DNA of 63,866 bases, counting the filler, from Vicugna vicugna (Eukaryota): the NCBI GenBank assembly GCA_013265495.1. It is 82 parts of 77 records of this genome, joined end to end, with 100 filler letters (N's around TTAATTAATTAA, not from the genome) between each part and the next. Parts side by side here need not be neighbours in the genome. Positions count along the whole stretch, not along the records: positions 1 to 582 come from MU058432.1; positions 683 to 1,159 come from PNXW01004586.1; positions 1,260 to 1,945 come from PNXW01004589.1; positions 2,046 to 2,793 come from MU058436.1; positions 2,894 to 3,612 come from MU058438.1; positions 3,713 to 5,094 come from MU058439.1; positions 5,195 to 5,774 come from PNXW01004616.1; positions 5,875 to 6,681 come from PNXW01004651.1; 74 more parts are not named here. One strand, 5' to 3'. Below are positions 1 through 11,985 of this stretch, piece by piece. Made by a program: the position numbers and the translations under genes. How positions within the stretch are numbered: the first letter of the stretch is position 1; each line of letters begins with the position of its first letter. The notes beneath the pieces are model-generated. The model made no database searches and had not been told where the DNA came from. It saw only the letters and a program-made list of their open reading frames with translations.

Positions 1-391
1 CACCGGGGCTACAGTGGGAGGACGGGTATGGGCCTCACCAGGGCCAAGGCCTCAGCGGGGGGAGGGTGAGGAGGAGCCCCCAGGACAGCCTGCGGTCCCA
101 CGGGAGGGTGTGGTCTCCTAGGGCCAGAGCTGCAGTCTTTGGGAGGGTGGGGGGTGGCCACCGGACCTACCTCTATGAGCGAGAGTCTGGGACCGAGGCA
201 GGTCACTGGGCCTTCCAGACTCTAGGACTCAGACGCGCTTGATGGCTGGCTGGCCCCTGGGTGTCTGCCTCCATCCTGAGGGCTAGGCCGTGCCCAGGGC
301 CCTTCATAGCCTAAATTCTGTACAAGGTGGGCAAGAGCTTGCCCAGAGCCGTGCGTGAGTGGCGGCTCACTGGCTGCTCTTTCTGACCCAG

Positions 392-582
392 GTCATGATG
401 AAGTCGTGCTCCGGCATCAATTTCGAGGACTTTTATCACTTCCTGAAGGTCATCGCTGAAAGGAGGCTGCGCTTCCTGGCTGAGGGCGTGGACCCTGGCC
501 AGGTGGAGGGTAGCAAGGGCTGTGGGCTGGGCCCCCAGCAGGCCGCTTTTGACATCGGCCGCATAGCTGAGGTGCTGGAGTG
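392..582 (+). CDS. JMJD4: JMJD4 terminal coding exon, 3'-truncated by scaffold end
   Basis: Acceptor ctctttctgacccag|GTC; translation VMMKSCSGINFEDFYHFLKVIAERRL...QAAFDIGRIAEVL matches the JMJD4 C-terminus as I recall it (VIMRSCSGINFEEFYHFLKVIAEKRL...QAAFDVGRITEVL). Confidence 0.9.
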
Positions 583-682
583 NNNNNNNNNNNNNNNNNN
601 NNNNNNNNNNNNNNNNNNNNNNNNNNTTAATTAATTAANNNNNNNNNNNNNNNNNNNNNNNNNNNNNNNNNNNNNNNNNNNN
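583..682. other. Artificial scaffold-joining spacer N44-TTAATTAATTAA-N44 (first of about 80 in the window)
   Basis: Identical 100-bp unit recurs (12-mer at 627, 1204, 1990, ... 63012); palindromic, TAA in all six frames; flanking sequences are unrelated. Confidence 0.98.
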
Positions 683-1159
683 GTGAAGACTGGTGGGCGT
701 GGCAGGTAGATTATCAAGGTCGATTGGGGGTTATTGGCTGCACAGAACGCTGTGTCTGTGTGAACTGGAGATCATCGCCATGGGAAATGCTTGGTGCCAG
801 GATCAATGCAGAGGAGCTGGGGAGCCTGTGTGTTAAGGATTTTCGAAACCTGGGAGTGGGAAGATCAGACTCTGCATTCAGATCTGAGTTTGAATTCATC
901 CTCTTTAGTTTACTGGTCCTCTGACTTTTGTCAAGTTATATACCCTCTTTCAATTCTTGTTTTCCTGTCTCTCAAAATAGGAGAATTACGGCCTGCTGCT
1001 AGAATGTTTGATCAGGGTAAATAATTTATGTCTATAAGATGCCACGTACAGATGCCACGTACCAAGCTCAGTGAGAAATGGGCTGTCGCCTATTCTTCTA
1101 CAACTCAGTGCTTTACAAGGCATGGGGGAACGCTGGTCCCTAATTTGTGTGTGATGCAA
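683..1159 (+). repeat. Low-copy duplicated segment with MIR-like remnant; paralog of 46812-47599
   Basis: Aligns by eye to the reverse complement of ~46990-47425 with scattered substitutions and small indels. Confidence 0.85.
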
Positions 1160-1259
1160 NNNNNNNNNNNNNNNNNNNNNNNNNNNNNNNNNNNNNNNNN
1201 NNNTTAATTAATTAANNNNNNNNNNNNNNNNNNNNNNNNNNNNNNNNNNNNNNNNNNNN

Positions 1260-1945
1260 AAAAAAATCCATATGAAAACAGATCAAAAATGAAAAGTCTA
1301 TGAAAATCCAAGATAATAAAATCAATAGGACACTGATAAAAAAATTTGAATTTGATGCAAAGAAATGGAAAGAAATTTCAAGATCTTAGTTTAGAGGAAT
1401 TAATACTGTTAAAATATGTATACTACAAAAAATGTCTACAAATATAAAGTGATTCAGATCGAATTACATGATATTTTCCACAGAAATTAAAGCAGTCCTA
1501 AGATTTGTATGGAGAAGCAAAAGAACTAGAACTGCAAAAGAAACAATGAGGGAAAATTACAAAGTTGGTTGCATAACGCATATCCCTCCCAGATCTCAGA
1601 CTATATTACAAAAACTGTAATCAAAACAGCACAATGCTGGAAAACAAACAAACATCTATATCACTGGAACAGAACACAGAGGCTGAATTAAACATCACAC
1701 CTATGGTCAACTAAACTATGACAAAGGAATCAAAATTATATAATGCCTAAAAGACAGTCTTCAGCATGTGATGTTGAGAAAGTTAGACATCTACATGTAA
1801 ATCAATGAAATTAGAACACTCCATCACACTGTACAAATATAAACTCTAAATGTTTTAAATATCTGAATCTAATACATGACACAATAAACTATGGAAACTA
1901 ACATAGTCAAAACATAAATTGTAGCGAAATTTTCTTATGTCACTC
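1260..1945 (+). mobile_element. LINE-1 ORF2 3' region, degenerate
   Basis: L1-type motifs (ctatattacaaaaactgtaatcaaaacagc, cacacctatggtcaactaaactatgacaaagg), A-rich strand, many stops. Confidence 0.85.
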
Positions 1946-2045
1946 NNNNNNNNNNNNNNNNNNNNNNNNNNNNNNNNNNNNNNNNNNNNTTAATTAATTA
2001 ANNNNNNNNNNNNNNNNNNNNNNNNNNNNNNNNNNNNNNNNNNNN

Positions 2046-2793
2046 ATTAACCAAAAACCCACAACATGGGAATACCTGTGATCCTTGAAAAAAGCGTAGA
2101 CTCTGTATCCCCACCACCAGAACACTCATGAAGAAGTTTTCTGCTATCCTGAGTGTGGGCTGGCAATTTCAGGTGACAGAAGCGGCTGGGTTCTAATAGA
2201 ATCCCTTACCTTGTAATCCCTGAATGTTTCCCTTGCACTGACTCTGAGAGAAACCTGGGGGTTGGGCTTTGAGGCCAAATAGTAGCGAGTGTCCCCGATG
2301 GACTGAGGAAGTATTTAGATGAATTCTCCATAAAGGGAAACACCTGAGCACCCATTCATCTGCGTGGAGTGGGGCNNNNNNNNNNNNNNNNNNNNNNNNN
2401 NNNNNNNNNNNNNNNNNNNNNNNNNNNNNNNNNNNNNNNNNNNNNNNNNNNNNNNNNNNNNNNNNNNNNNNNNNNNNNNNNNNNNNNNNNNNNNNNNNNN
2501 NNNNNNNNNNNNNNNNNNNNNNNNNNNNNNNNNNNNNNNNNNNNNNNNNNNNNNNNNNNNNNNNNNNNNNNNNNNNNNNNNNNNNNNNNNNNNNNNNNNN
2601 NNNNNNNNNNNNNNNNNNNNNNNNNNNNNNNNNNNNNNNNNNNNNNNNNNNNNNNNNNNNNNNNNNNNNNNNNNNNNNNNNNNNNNNNGAGGTTCCTCGA
2701 CAGCAGCACCTGGGTTTTAATAGAATCCTTTCGCTTGACTTCCCTAATTTTTTTCCTAGGCCTAGCAGTAAGCGATGGTGGGGGATGGGCTCT
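2046..2793 (-). repeat. Satellite C fragment (diverged ~265 bp family)
   Basis: Shares ctgggttctaatagaatccctt and cattcatctgcgtggagtgggg with 36952-37535. Confidence 0.75.
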
Positions 2794-2893
2794 NNNNNNN
2801 NNNNNNNNNNNNNNNNNNNNNNNNNNNNNNNNNNNNNTTAATTAATTAANNNNNNNNNNNNNNNNNNNNNNNNNNNNNNNNNNNNNNNNNNNN

Positions 2894-3612
2894 AGAGACA
2901 ACTTCACGCAGCTCTCTTCATTCACAGGAGTTCCATGTACGGGGAAGACCGTGAAATACCTTCCCTGACCTTGGGGAGGCAGTGTATGTCACTGGGATAT
3001 TCTGCAAACCCCCCTAACGTTCCCTGGCACAGAGATATTAGGGAAACCATCAGGGGAGACGAGCTTAGGCATTCCGTCAGAACCCACGTGCTGCCGACCG
3101 TTGGTGGAACCTCCCCACCCTCAGGATTCCGGAAACATTGTCAGTTCGTGGGGGAGCTCGAGAGACAACTCCACGTAGCTCTCTACAGTCACAGGTGTTC
3201 CCTGTTCGNNNNNNNNNNNNNNNNNNNNNNNNNNNNNNNNNNNNNNNNNNNNNNNNNNNNNNNNNNNNNNNNNNNNNNNNNNNNNNNNNNNNNNNNNNNN
3301 NNNNNNNNNNNNNNNNNNNNNNNNNNNNNNNNNNNNNNNNNNNNNNNNNNNNNNNNNNNNNNNNNNNNNNNNNNNNNNNNNNNNNNNNNNNNNNNNNNNN
3401 NNNNNNNNNNNNNNNNNNNNNNNNNNNNNNNNNNNNNNNNNNNNNNNNNNNNNNNNNNNNNNNNNNNNNNNNNNNNNNNNNNNNNNNNNNNNNNNNNTTC
3501 CCTGTCCTTGGGGAGGAAGACTCGGGCACTGGGATATCCTGCAATCACCCCTAGCAGCCCCTGGCAAAGACACATTAGGAAAACCCTCAGGGGAGACGTG
3601 CTTAGGCATTCC
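2894..3612 (+). repeat. Satellite A (267 bp monomer)
   Basis: gagcttaggcattccgtcagaacccacg...ggggagctcgagagacaactccac shared with 62250-62967. Confidence 0.92.
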
Positions 3613-3712
3613 NNNNNNNNNNNNNNNNNNNNNNNNNNNNNNNNNNNNNNNNNNNNTTAATTAATTAANNNNNNNNNNNNNNNNNNNNNNNNNNNNNNNN
3701 NNNNNNNNNNNN

Positions 3713-5094
3713 GTGTGTGAAAGCCGTCCTTCAACTTGCTTGAAGGGAACACAAAGTGTTTTTCAGTAGCAAACTCCACTCCATACATATATATTGGGAG
3801 GAACAAGCTCCAACTCGGTTTTACAGTGAAAACGGCAGGCACTTCAAACCGGCACTAGGAAACAGACTGAGAAACCAGAGTAAGGGTTTCTCCTGCAACC
3901 CGTTCCCTTTGTGCTGGATGAACGAANNNNNNNNNNNNNNNNNNNNNNNNNNNNNNNNNNNNNNNNNNNNNNNNNNNNNNNNNNNNNNNNNNNNNNNNNN
4001 NNNNNNNNNNNNNNNNNNNNNNNNNNNNNNNNNNNNNNNNNNNNNNNNNNNNNNNNNNNNNNNNNNNNNNNNNNNNNNNNNNNNNNNNNNNNNNNNNNNN
4101 NNNNNNNNNNNNNNNNNNNNNNNNNNNNNNNNNNNNNNNNNNNNNNNNNNNNNNNNNNNNNNNNNNNNNNNNNNNNNNNNNNNNNNNNNNNNNNNNNNNN
4201 NNNNNNNNNNNNNNNNNNNNNNNNNNNNNNNNNNNNNNNNNNNNNNNNNNNNNNNNNNNNNNNNNNNNNNNNNNNNNNNNNNNNNNNNNNNNNNNNNNNN
4301 NNNNNNNNNNNNNNNNNNNNNNNNNNNNNNNNNNNNNNNNNNNNNNNNNNNNNNNNNNNNNNNNNNNNNNNNNNNNNNNNNNNNNNNNNNNNNNNNNNNN
4401 NNNNNNNNNNNNNNNNNNNNNNNNNNNNNNNNNNNNNNNNNNNNNNNNNNNNNNNNNNNNNNNNNNNNNNNNNNNNNNNNNNNNNNNNNNNNNNNNNNNN
4501 NNNNNNNNNNNNNNNNNNNNNNNNNNNNNNNNNNNNNNNNNNNNNNNNNNNNNNNNNNNNNNNNNNNNNNNNNNNNNNNNNNNNNNNNNNNNNNNNNNNN
4601 NNNNNNNNNNNNNNNNNNNNNNNNNNNNNNNNNNNNNNNNNNNNNNNNNNNNNNNNNNNNNNNNNNNNNNNNNNNNNNNNNNNNNNNNNNNNNNNNNNNN
4701 NNNNNNNNNNNNNNNNNNNNNNNNNNNNNNNNNNNNNNNNNNNNNNNNNNNNNNNNNNNNNNNNNNNNNNNNNNNNNNNNNNNNNNNNNNNNNNNNNNNN
4801 NNNNNNNNNNNNNNNNNNNNNNNNNNNNNNNNNNNNNNNNNNNNNNNNNNNNNNNNNNNNNNNNNNNNNNTTCTCCTGCAACCCGTTCCCTTTGTGCTGG
4901 ATGAACGAACGTCTCTCCACATGCTCAGTTCTGAGAGATAAGTGTGTGTGAAACCAGACCTTCACCTAGCTTGAAGGAACACAATGTTTCTTTTCAGTTG
5001 CAAACTACACTCCATACACATATATGGGAGATACAAGCTCCAAATCGGCTTTAAATTGCAAAAGGCAGGCACTTCAAACCGGCACTAGGAAACA
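3713..5094 (+). repeat. Satellite B (249 bp monomer), gapped
   Basis: ctgcaacccgttccctttgtgctggatgaacgaac on both sides of the gap; same as 41653-42596. Confidence 0.93.
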
Positions 5095-5338
5095 NNNNNN
5101 NNNNNNNNNNNNNNNNNNNNNNNNNNNNNNNNNNNNNNTTAATTAATTAANNNNNNNNNNNNNNNNNNNNNNNNNNNNNNNNNNNNNNNNNNNNTCCCAC
5201 TATTTTAAGTATGTTTTGCTAAGGAAAATATATTGATCTTTTCCCTGCCCCTGGTCCATGTGTTTCCTTTGTTGCTTCCCACTAGTGGCCCCTTGAGTTC
5301 TGTGACAAGACTAGCATGTCATTAATCAAGATTGAAGG

Positions 5339-5700
5339 AGATCGGAAGAGATTTATTCAAGGAGATGAAATTTGTACACAATGTATTGGAAAGTATTGAG
5401 AAAGTTATTCATTAGGGGAAGGTCTGTGGTTGAATTGTTAAGTGCACAGAAATCTAACCTATGAACCACCAAGACAATTATTAACTCCAGGAAAAACAAA
5501 GTAGGGAAGAAAAAAGTAAAGATCGGAAGAGATTTATTCAAGGAGATGAAATTTGTAGACAATGTATTGGAAAGTATTGAGAAAGTTATTCATTAGGGGA
5601 AGGTCTGTGGTTGAATTGTTAAGTGCACAGAAATCTAACCTATGAACCACCAAGACAATTATTAACTCCAGGAAAAACAAAGTAGGGAAGAAAAAAGTAA
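5339..5700. repeat. Near-exact 181 bp tandem duplication (probable assembly artefact)
   Basis: 5339-5519 equals 5520-5700 except tttgtaCac/tttgtaGac. Confidence 0.9.
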
Positions 5701-5874
5701 GCCTAGCAGCCAACTTGTTACAGCTGTGGACAGTCTGTACAGAGAGCTAATAATGTAAAGCAAGGCTACTGATCNNNNNNNNNNNNNNNNNNNNNNNNNN
5801 NNNNNNNNNNNNNNNNNNTTAATTAATTAANNNNNNNNNNNNNNNNNNNNNNNNNNNNNNNNNNNNNNNNNNNN

Positions 5875-6681
5875 ATTTATTTTGACTTCGTAGCTTCTGC
5901 CTATCAAAGGTTTAAAGAAATACACTTTAATCCCAGAAAAACCCTCCTGGAGCGAATTCTAACCTAGAGATATGTAATTTGCATAGATTCCATGTACATG
6001 AAATTCCGTGTTCCTTACAGGCTACATAGAAGACGGACTTGACAAACATGCATTCCTGAGTTGAGAGCATGTGGATTACTAATCTTTCATCCTCTTTAAA
6101 AGGAATATGTTCATCTAGACAAGTGTGCACATTTTCACAAGCTTTACTTAACACCAGGTCCGAATTCGTGAATTATTCACAGAAAATTAGTTCTGGAACG
6201 ATTTCCACCTAACAGATATGTAATTTACATGTATTCCAACAACATGGCATTCCGGGTTCCGTACATTCTACATGTATGACGGATTTGGCAATCATGCGTT
6301 TCTGACTTGTGAGCATGTGGATTACAGAACTTTCACCCTCCGAACAAGGCGTATATTGACTTAGAAATATTTACTCTGACTTCATAGGTTTTTGCTATCA
6401 CCAGGTTCTAAAATCGGATATTTGGCACCAGAAAACACTGTTTGAACGAATTCTCACCAATACACATGTAATTTACATTGTTTACATAACCATGGAATTC
6501 CATATTACGAACATGTTTAATACATCACGGATTCCTCAAACATGCATTTCTGAGATATGAACATGCGTATGACTGATATATATGACTGATATTCCAATCA
6601 CCAAACAAGTTACCTATGCACTATGAGATATTTATATTGACTTCGTAGCTTCTGCCTATCACCGGTTTCAAGAATCACACT
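5875..6681 (+). repeat. Satellite D (~740 bp unit of three ~247 bp subunits)
   Basis: gacttcgtagcttctgcctatca at 5884 and 6639; internal gagcatgtggattac subrepeats. Confidence 0.9.
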
Positions 6682-7224
6682 NNNNNNNNNNNNNNNNNNN
6701 NNNNNNNNNNNNNNNNNNNNNNNNNTTAATTAATTAANNNNNNNNNNNNNNNNNNNNNNNNNNNNNNNNNNNNNNNNNNNNCATTCCCATTGCAAAACAG
6801 TTAAGAATTGTAGGAGTTATGAGATTAAAACATGCTGAGATTTTTAGTAACCTAGCATGTTCATTTCTTACAGATGCTGTCGGGGAGATGAGACCATCGG
6901 TCAGAGACAGTGAATTTTATCACTCACAGCAAGAGCAGCCAGTTTTAAATTTGTATCCATTCCCTAATCTCAGATGAATACACAGATTGAAATTTNNNNN
7001 NNNNNNNNNNNNNNNNNNNNNNNNNNNNNNNNNNNNNNNNNNNNNNNNNNNNNNNNNNNNNNNNNNNNNNNNNNNNNNNNNNNNNNNACTATCTTTATTT
7101 ATAACTTATTAGAGTCACCTATTTATTAGTATCTTTACCTAGGATAAGTATATCATGACATAAGTTTACTTGCTGCAAATACAAACATGAGAAATGACAT
7201 GGGAAAAATGACCATTGAGTTTCC

Positions 7225-7647
7225 ATTTTTCCTTCTGCTTTTATTGAGATATAATTGGCATAAAACATTGTGTAAGTTTAGGTGCACAGGATATTGATTT
7301 GGTATACAACTATCATGTAATAAATATAGCAACTTTAGGGAGAATTCATTATCTCATTTAGATACAATTTTAAAGAAATACAATTTGTCTTTTGGTTGTG
7401 ATGAGAAACCTTATGGTCTACTCTCTTAACAACATTCCTATAGAACATAAATCAGTATAGCTTGTAATTTTTAAGTTAATATGGGGCATCCCTAGAACAC
7501 GATTATTTTACGGCTGGAGGTTTGTAGCTTTTGAGTGCATTAATCAAATTCTCCTTTTCCAACCCCTGCCTCTGTTAATTATAAATCTATTTTCATTTAC
7601 CATAAGCATGTTTGTTTGTTTTTGAAGTGTACTTTAATCTATAACAC
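7225..7647 (-). mobile_element. Old LINE-1 3' UTR remnant
   Basis: gcttttattgagatataattggcataaaacattgtgtaagttt...aacccctgcctctgttaattataaatct is typical of an antisense L1 3' end. Confidence 0.7.
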
Positions 7648-8967
7648 NNNNNNNNNNNNNNNNNNNNNNNNNNNNNNNNNNNNNNNNNNNNTTAATTAAT
7701 TAANNNNNNNNNNNNNNNNNNNNNNNNNNNNNNNNNNNNNNNNNNNNAACCCATCAAAATCACGGCAAAGTGGACAAGATTAGGGTGACTGTCTTGGGCT
7801 AATTAAGACTTGAATGGGACTGAACCTTGAGTCAATCCCACTCAGCTGATGGCTGCTTCCCCCAGTGGGGAAGAGGTACAATGAATGCAGGGGGAACCAA
7901 CAGTGTCCTTTACCATAGGAAGGATCACCCTCTTCTAAAGGGAAATCAATTGTGTCTGTGGTTAAATGATTCATTCATGATCACACAGTCAGTCTGTGCT
8001 GAAGCCAAGATCTTAATCAGCTCTCAGGGTTGGATAATACCAAAGAGCTCTCCATGACAAAGTGATCTTTCAAAAGGCAAATGTGGTCACATTATTTCCA
8101 CCTTCAGTGCTCACCAACAGCTCCCATGATCTTCAGGAGAAAACCCATATGCCTTGGTTTGACCTTCAAGTGGCTTTGTGTCCTGGTTTTAGCCTCTCAC
8201 CCCAAACTGATCTCATGCCATATACTAAATCATTTGACAATCCTTATGCATCTTTTTAGATTCCACATCCGTGATTACCCACCTGGCACTCTCCTACAAT
8301 CCAGGATTGCCTTAANNNNNNNNNNNNNNNNNNNNNNNNNNNNNNNNNNNNNNNNNNNNTTAATTAATTAANNNNNNNNNNNNNNNNNNNNNNNNNNNNN
8401 NNNNNNNNNNNNNNNATTGAGATGATGAGAAATCCTGAAAGATCATTTACAAGGTGCCCTTTCCACTGTTTCTGCTCCTGTTCTAATCCCCCAGTCAGCT
8501 TCCACTGGGGCTCCAGGCTGTAGTTTTGAAGGGTGCATTTCATTCTTTTTATTGGTAGCATCACATGAATCTGGGACAATAGAGTTGATCCAGAGGGTAA
8601 GATATGGAATCAGAGGAAAACCGTATATATGGAAAATTTTTGAGATGCACACTCAGGGTGATTTGCAACTCTGTCCTCAGAAGACAAACCCTTCCATTCT
8701 TCAGTTTCATCCGCAAATGTCCCAGCCACACCTCAGTCGGTAGAAACAATTTTGCTTTTGCTTTCAAAAGTTGACAAGAATTCAGCAGAATCCTAGTGTT
8801 CAGCATCTCTATGGTTCAGCATCCTGGTATTAGTGGGACCTCAGGGATGTCTTTGGCATGTTGGAGAGTCCATTCCATTCCTGGCAAGATCTTTTCACAC
8901 CAGCCAGGAACAATTCCCTTTCTCTTTCCTTCCATGCTGAGTGAGTGCAACAGTCAAAATAGAAGTT

Positions 8968-9261
8968 GGTTATTTCCCTCCCTCTGCCAAGGTTTTCCCC
9001 CAGGACCAAAACCCAGACTGACCCACACTTACATCAATCTGTCCAGGAATGTCAGAGTATGGAAATAAAATCTGTGAAAGTTCTGTTGCCATTTTTTTCC
9101 TCTTTAAATTGGCCAGGTTATTTCCTCCCTCTGCCAAGTTTTTCCCCCAGGACCAAAACCCAGACTGACCCACACTTACATCAATCTGTCCAGGAATGTC
9201 AGAGTATGGAAATAAAATCTGTGAAAGTTCTGTTGCCATTTTTTTCCTCTTTAAATTGGCC
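8968..9261. repeat. Near-exact ~147 bp tandem duplication
   Basis: 8968-9114 vs 9116-9261, differing only near the copy start. Confidence 0.9.
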
Positions 9262-10870
9262 CTGTCATTTCCAGAGGAGTGACAGTGGACAAGGTCTTTA
9301 GCTGCTTAGAACTTTAGTTTTCTCTAAACTAGGGCTAAAAACATAAACTGTCACNNNNNNNNNNNNNNNNNNNNNNNNNNNNNNNNNNNNNNNNNNNNTT
9401 AATTAATTAANNNNNNNNNNNNNNNNNNNNNNNNNNNNNNNNNNNNNNNNNNNNCAATCAGATCAAGCTTTTAGGGGAGGATAAAATCACTTAGCTAAAA
9501 CCAATACATAGGATGGAGAAACAGGTCTAACACCGTAGGGGAAAATGAAATCAGCCTAACAGGAAATAGAGAAACCCCTCAGCAATTTCAAGGAAAATGA
9601 GAAACAGGAAAATTATAGATTAGAACGCACTTGAGAGATATGCTAGCTGCAATGTCTGAATCTTGTCTGGATCTTGATTTCAACCCCAAAACTACTTAAA
9701 AGTGTATTTTTGTGACAAGCANNNNNNNNNNNNNNNNNNNNNNNNNNNNNNNNNNNNNNNNNNNNNNNNNNNNNNNNNNNNNNNNNNNNNNNNNNNNNNN
9801 NNNNNNNNNNNNNNNNNNNNNNNNNNNNNNNNNNNNNNNNNNNNNNNNNNNNNNNNNNNNNNNNNNNNNNNNNNNNNNNNNNNNNNNNNNNNNNNNNNNN
9901 NNNNNNNNNNNNNNNNNNNNNNNNNNNNNNNNNNNNNNNNNNNNNNNNNNNNNNNNNNNNNNNTATTTCTGTACATGTTTGAATCTTTCCATAAAATGTG
10001 AAACAACAAATAGACTTCAGTGTTTTAAAACCCTCACTTTGAAGGTTAAGAGGTTTGCCCAAGTAGGTGGGCACCTGCATGGGGCACTGAGATAAGAAAG
10101 AACAGACACCTGGCTCCAGGCCGACCTGGGGCTACCTTGACACTCCTCTTCTCCTAATCATCCACAGCCAGCCCATAACTGCATCCTGTCAGCCTCACTC
10201 CCCAAATGTATTCCTCATTGGTTCCCACCATCTCTCATCTGGCCCAATCCAAGANNNNNNNNNNNNNNNNNNNNNNNNNNNNNNNNNNNNNNNNNNNNTT
10301 AATTAATTAANNNNNNNNNNNNNNNNNNNNNNNNNNNNNNNNNNNNNNNNNNNNTGGTTAAGGAGTCTATTAGATATTGCCACAGAAATGCCTAACAGGC
10401 AGAGGAGTCTAGGTTTTTTTTTCTTTCTTTTTAACATTAAAAAATATAATTTAATTGTATTAAATTTATTATGTGAATGAATTTTGAATTTTATTTCATG
10501 CCAAGGTATATGTTATAATAGCCAAATGGAAAATATATCAGAAAAGGGGAGAAATGAGGGCTTTCACATAAACTGACTGTCCATAAAGTAGGTAAAATTT
10601 CAATAAAACCAGTCTTCAGTGCAAAAAACTCATCTTTGTGACCTTTACTGACTACAGAAATACAGAAAGGTTCTAAGGGAGAATAAGCATCTTAGTGGAA
10701 ATAATAGAGATCTGAGCATTTTACATGATATGTATGGACTGATTCAAAATTTGGAAAAGTAAAGTAATTTNNNNNNNNNNNNNNNNNNNNNNNNNNNNNN
10801 NNNNNNNNNNNNNNTTAATTAATTAANNNNNNNNNNNNNNNNNNNNNNNNNNNNNNNNNNNNNNNNNNNN

Positions 10871-11428
10871 TCCGGCCGGCGCCACCTGCAGGTGAGGACC
10901 TCCGCCCGGCCCCACCCTCCACGGCCCCGCCCAGCTGTTCCATAAGCCTCCCCCCACCCCCGTCCAGGCCGCGCCCTGGCCCCCATTGGCTCCGCAAGTT
11001 CTGCCCTCACACAACTAGACTCGGGAGGACGCACGACGCATGCGCTAGGGGAGGGCCCCGAGGCGTTGCCATGGCTACAGGCGCCGCGCTCCTCACGGGC
11101 CACAGTGCGCTTCTGGGGCGGGGAGCGGGCTCCGGAAGTGTGTAGCTGCCTGGGACCATGGCGGTGCTTGCTTCTGGGGTTGGCGGCTTGCTTGGCCGGG
11201 CGACTAGTTCTGGCCTGGTCAGTAGGCGGCGGACATCCTGTCTGGGGTGGCGTCCCACAGACGGTAAACGTACTTCCGCGCCGAAGGCGGGGCCGGTGGA
11301 AATGAACCGGGGTGGGATCGGGGTTGGGGTGGTGGCCAGGGATGGTTGTGGTGCCTGGGAGCGTTTTGGGGCGGGGCGGGGCAGGGCTTGGGCACAGCCT
11401 CAAGCTTTCCTCCCCCTCAGGCCCTGGG
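10871..11428 (+). promoter_or_regulatory. CpG-island promoter, probably bidirectional
   Basis: High CpG; reverse CCAAT (ATTGG 10985), NRF1-like ACGCATGCGC 11036-11045, RFX X-box GTTGCCATGGCTAC 11065-11078, GC box 11115-11123, ETS CCGGAAGTG 11132-11140. Confidence 0.85.
11158..11263 (+). CDS. Candidate first coding exon (MAVLASGVGGLLGRATSSGL...), gene unidentified
   Basis: Strong Kozak context ggaccATGGcgg just downstream of ETS site; possible donors at CTG|gtcagt (~11217) or ACG|gtaaac (~11263). Confidence 0.4.
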
Positions 11429-11892
11429 NNNNNNNNNNNNNNNNNNNNNNNNNNNNNNNNNNNNNNNNNNNNNNNNNNNNNNNNNNNNNNNNNNNNNNNN
11501 NNNNNNNNNNNNNNNNNNNNNNNNNNNNNNNNNNNNNNNNNNNNNNNNNNNNNNNNNNNNNNNNNNNNNNNNNNNNNNNNNNNNNNGGGAAATTTCAGTT
11601 CATTCCAGATGTTGGTTCCTTCAGTCAACCTCAGGAATAAGACACAAGGGTCAGTGCCGATAAGCAGTTATCTAGGGCTTAACTCAAAATAAACTATGCG
11701 GGGTGTAGGGATGGTAGATGGGACACTCTCTCTTGAAGTTAGCAGTTTTATGGGATTAGAGGCCCTGGCTGAGGATTACATCCTCATCTGCANNNNNNNN
11801 NNNNNNNNNNNNNNNNNNNNNNNNNNNNNNNNNNNNTTAATTAATTAANNNNNNNNNNNNNNNNNNNNNNNNNNNNNNNNNNNNNNNNNNNN

Positions 11893-11985
11893 AATATATA
11901 TATATGTTCATGTATAACGGAAAAATTGTGATCTACATTGGAATTTGACGCAAATGATTATAACTCAAAAAATGTTTAAAAAGTT
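11893..11985 (+). mobile_element. LINE-1 extreme 3' end
   Basis: tatatgttcatgtataacggaaaaattgtgatctacattggaatttgac followed by A-rich tail. Confidence 0.65.

Noticed and set aside
627..638. Recurrent TTAATTAATTAA as a biological repeat or CRISPR-like array
   Set aside because: Always centred in exactly 44+44 Ns; it is an assembly linker.
3756..4965. Long ORFs (350-390 aa), also at 13387-14582 and 29282-30800
   Set aside because: Length comes from N runs translated as X; the real bases are satellite or L1.
10410..10770. Minus-strand retrocopy 3' end (AATAAA plus A-rich tail)
   Set aside because: AT-rich context makes this likely by chance; no parent gene or TSD identifiable.
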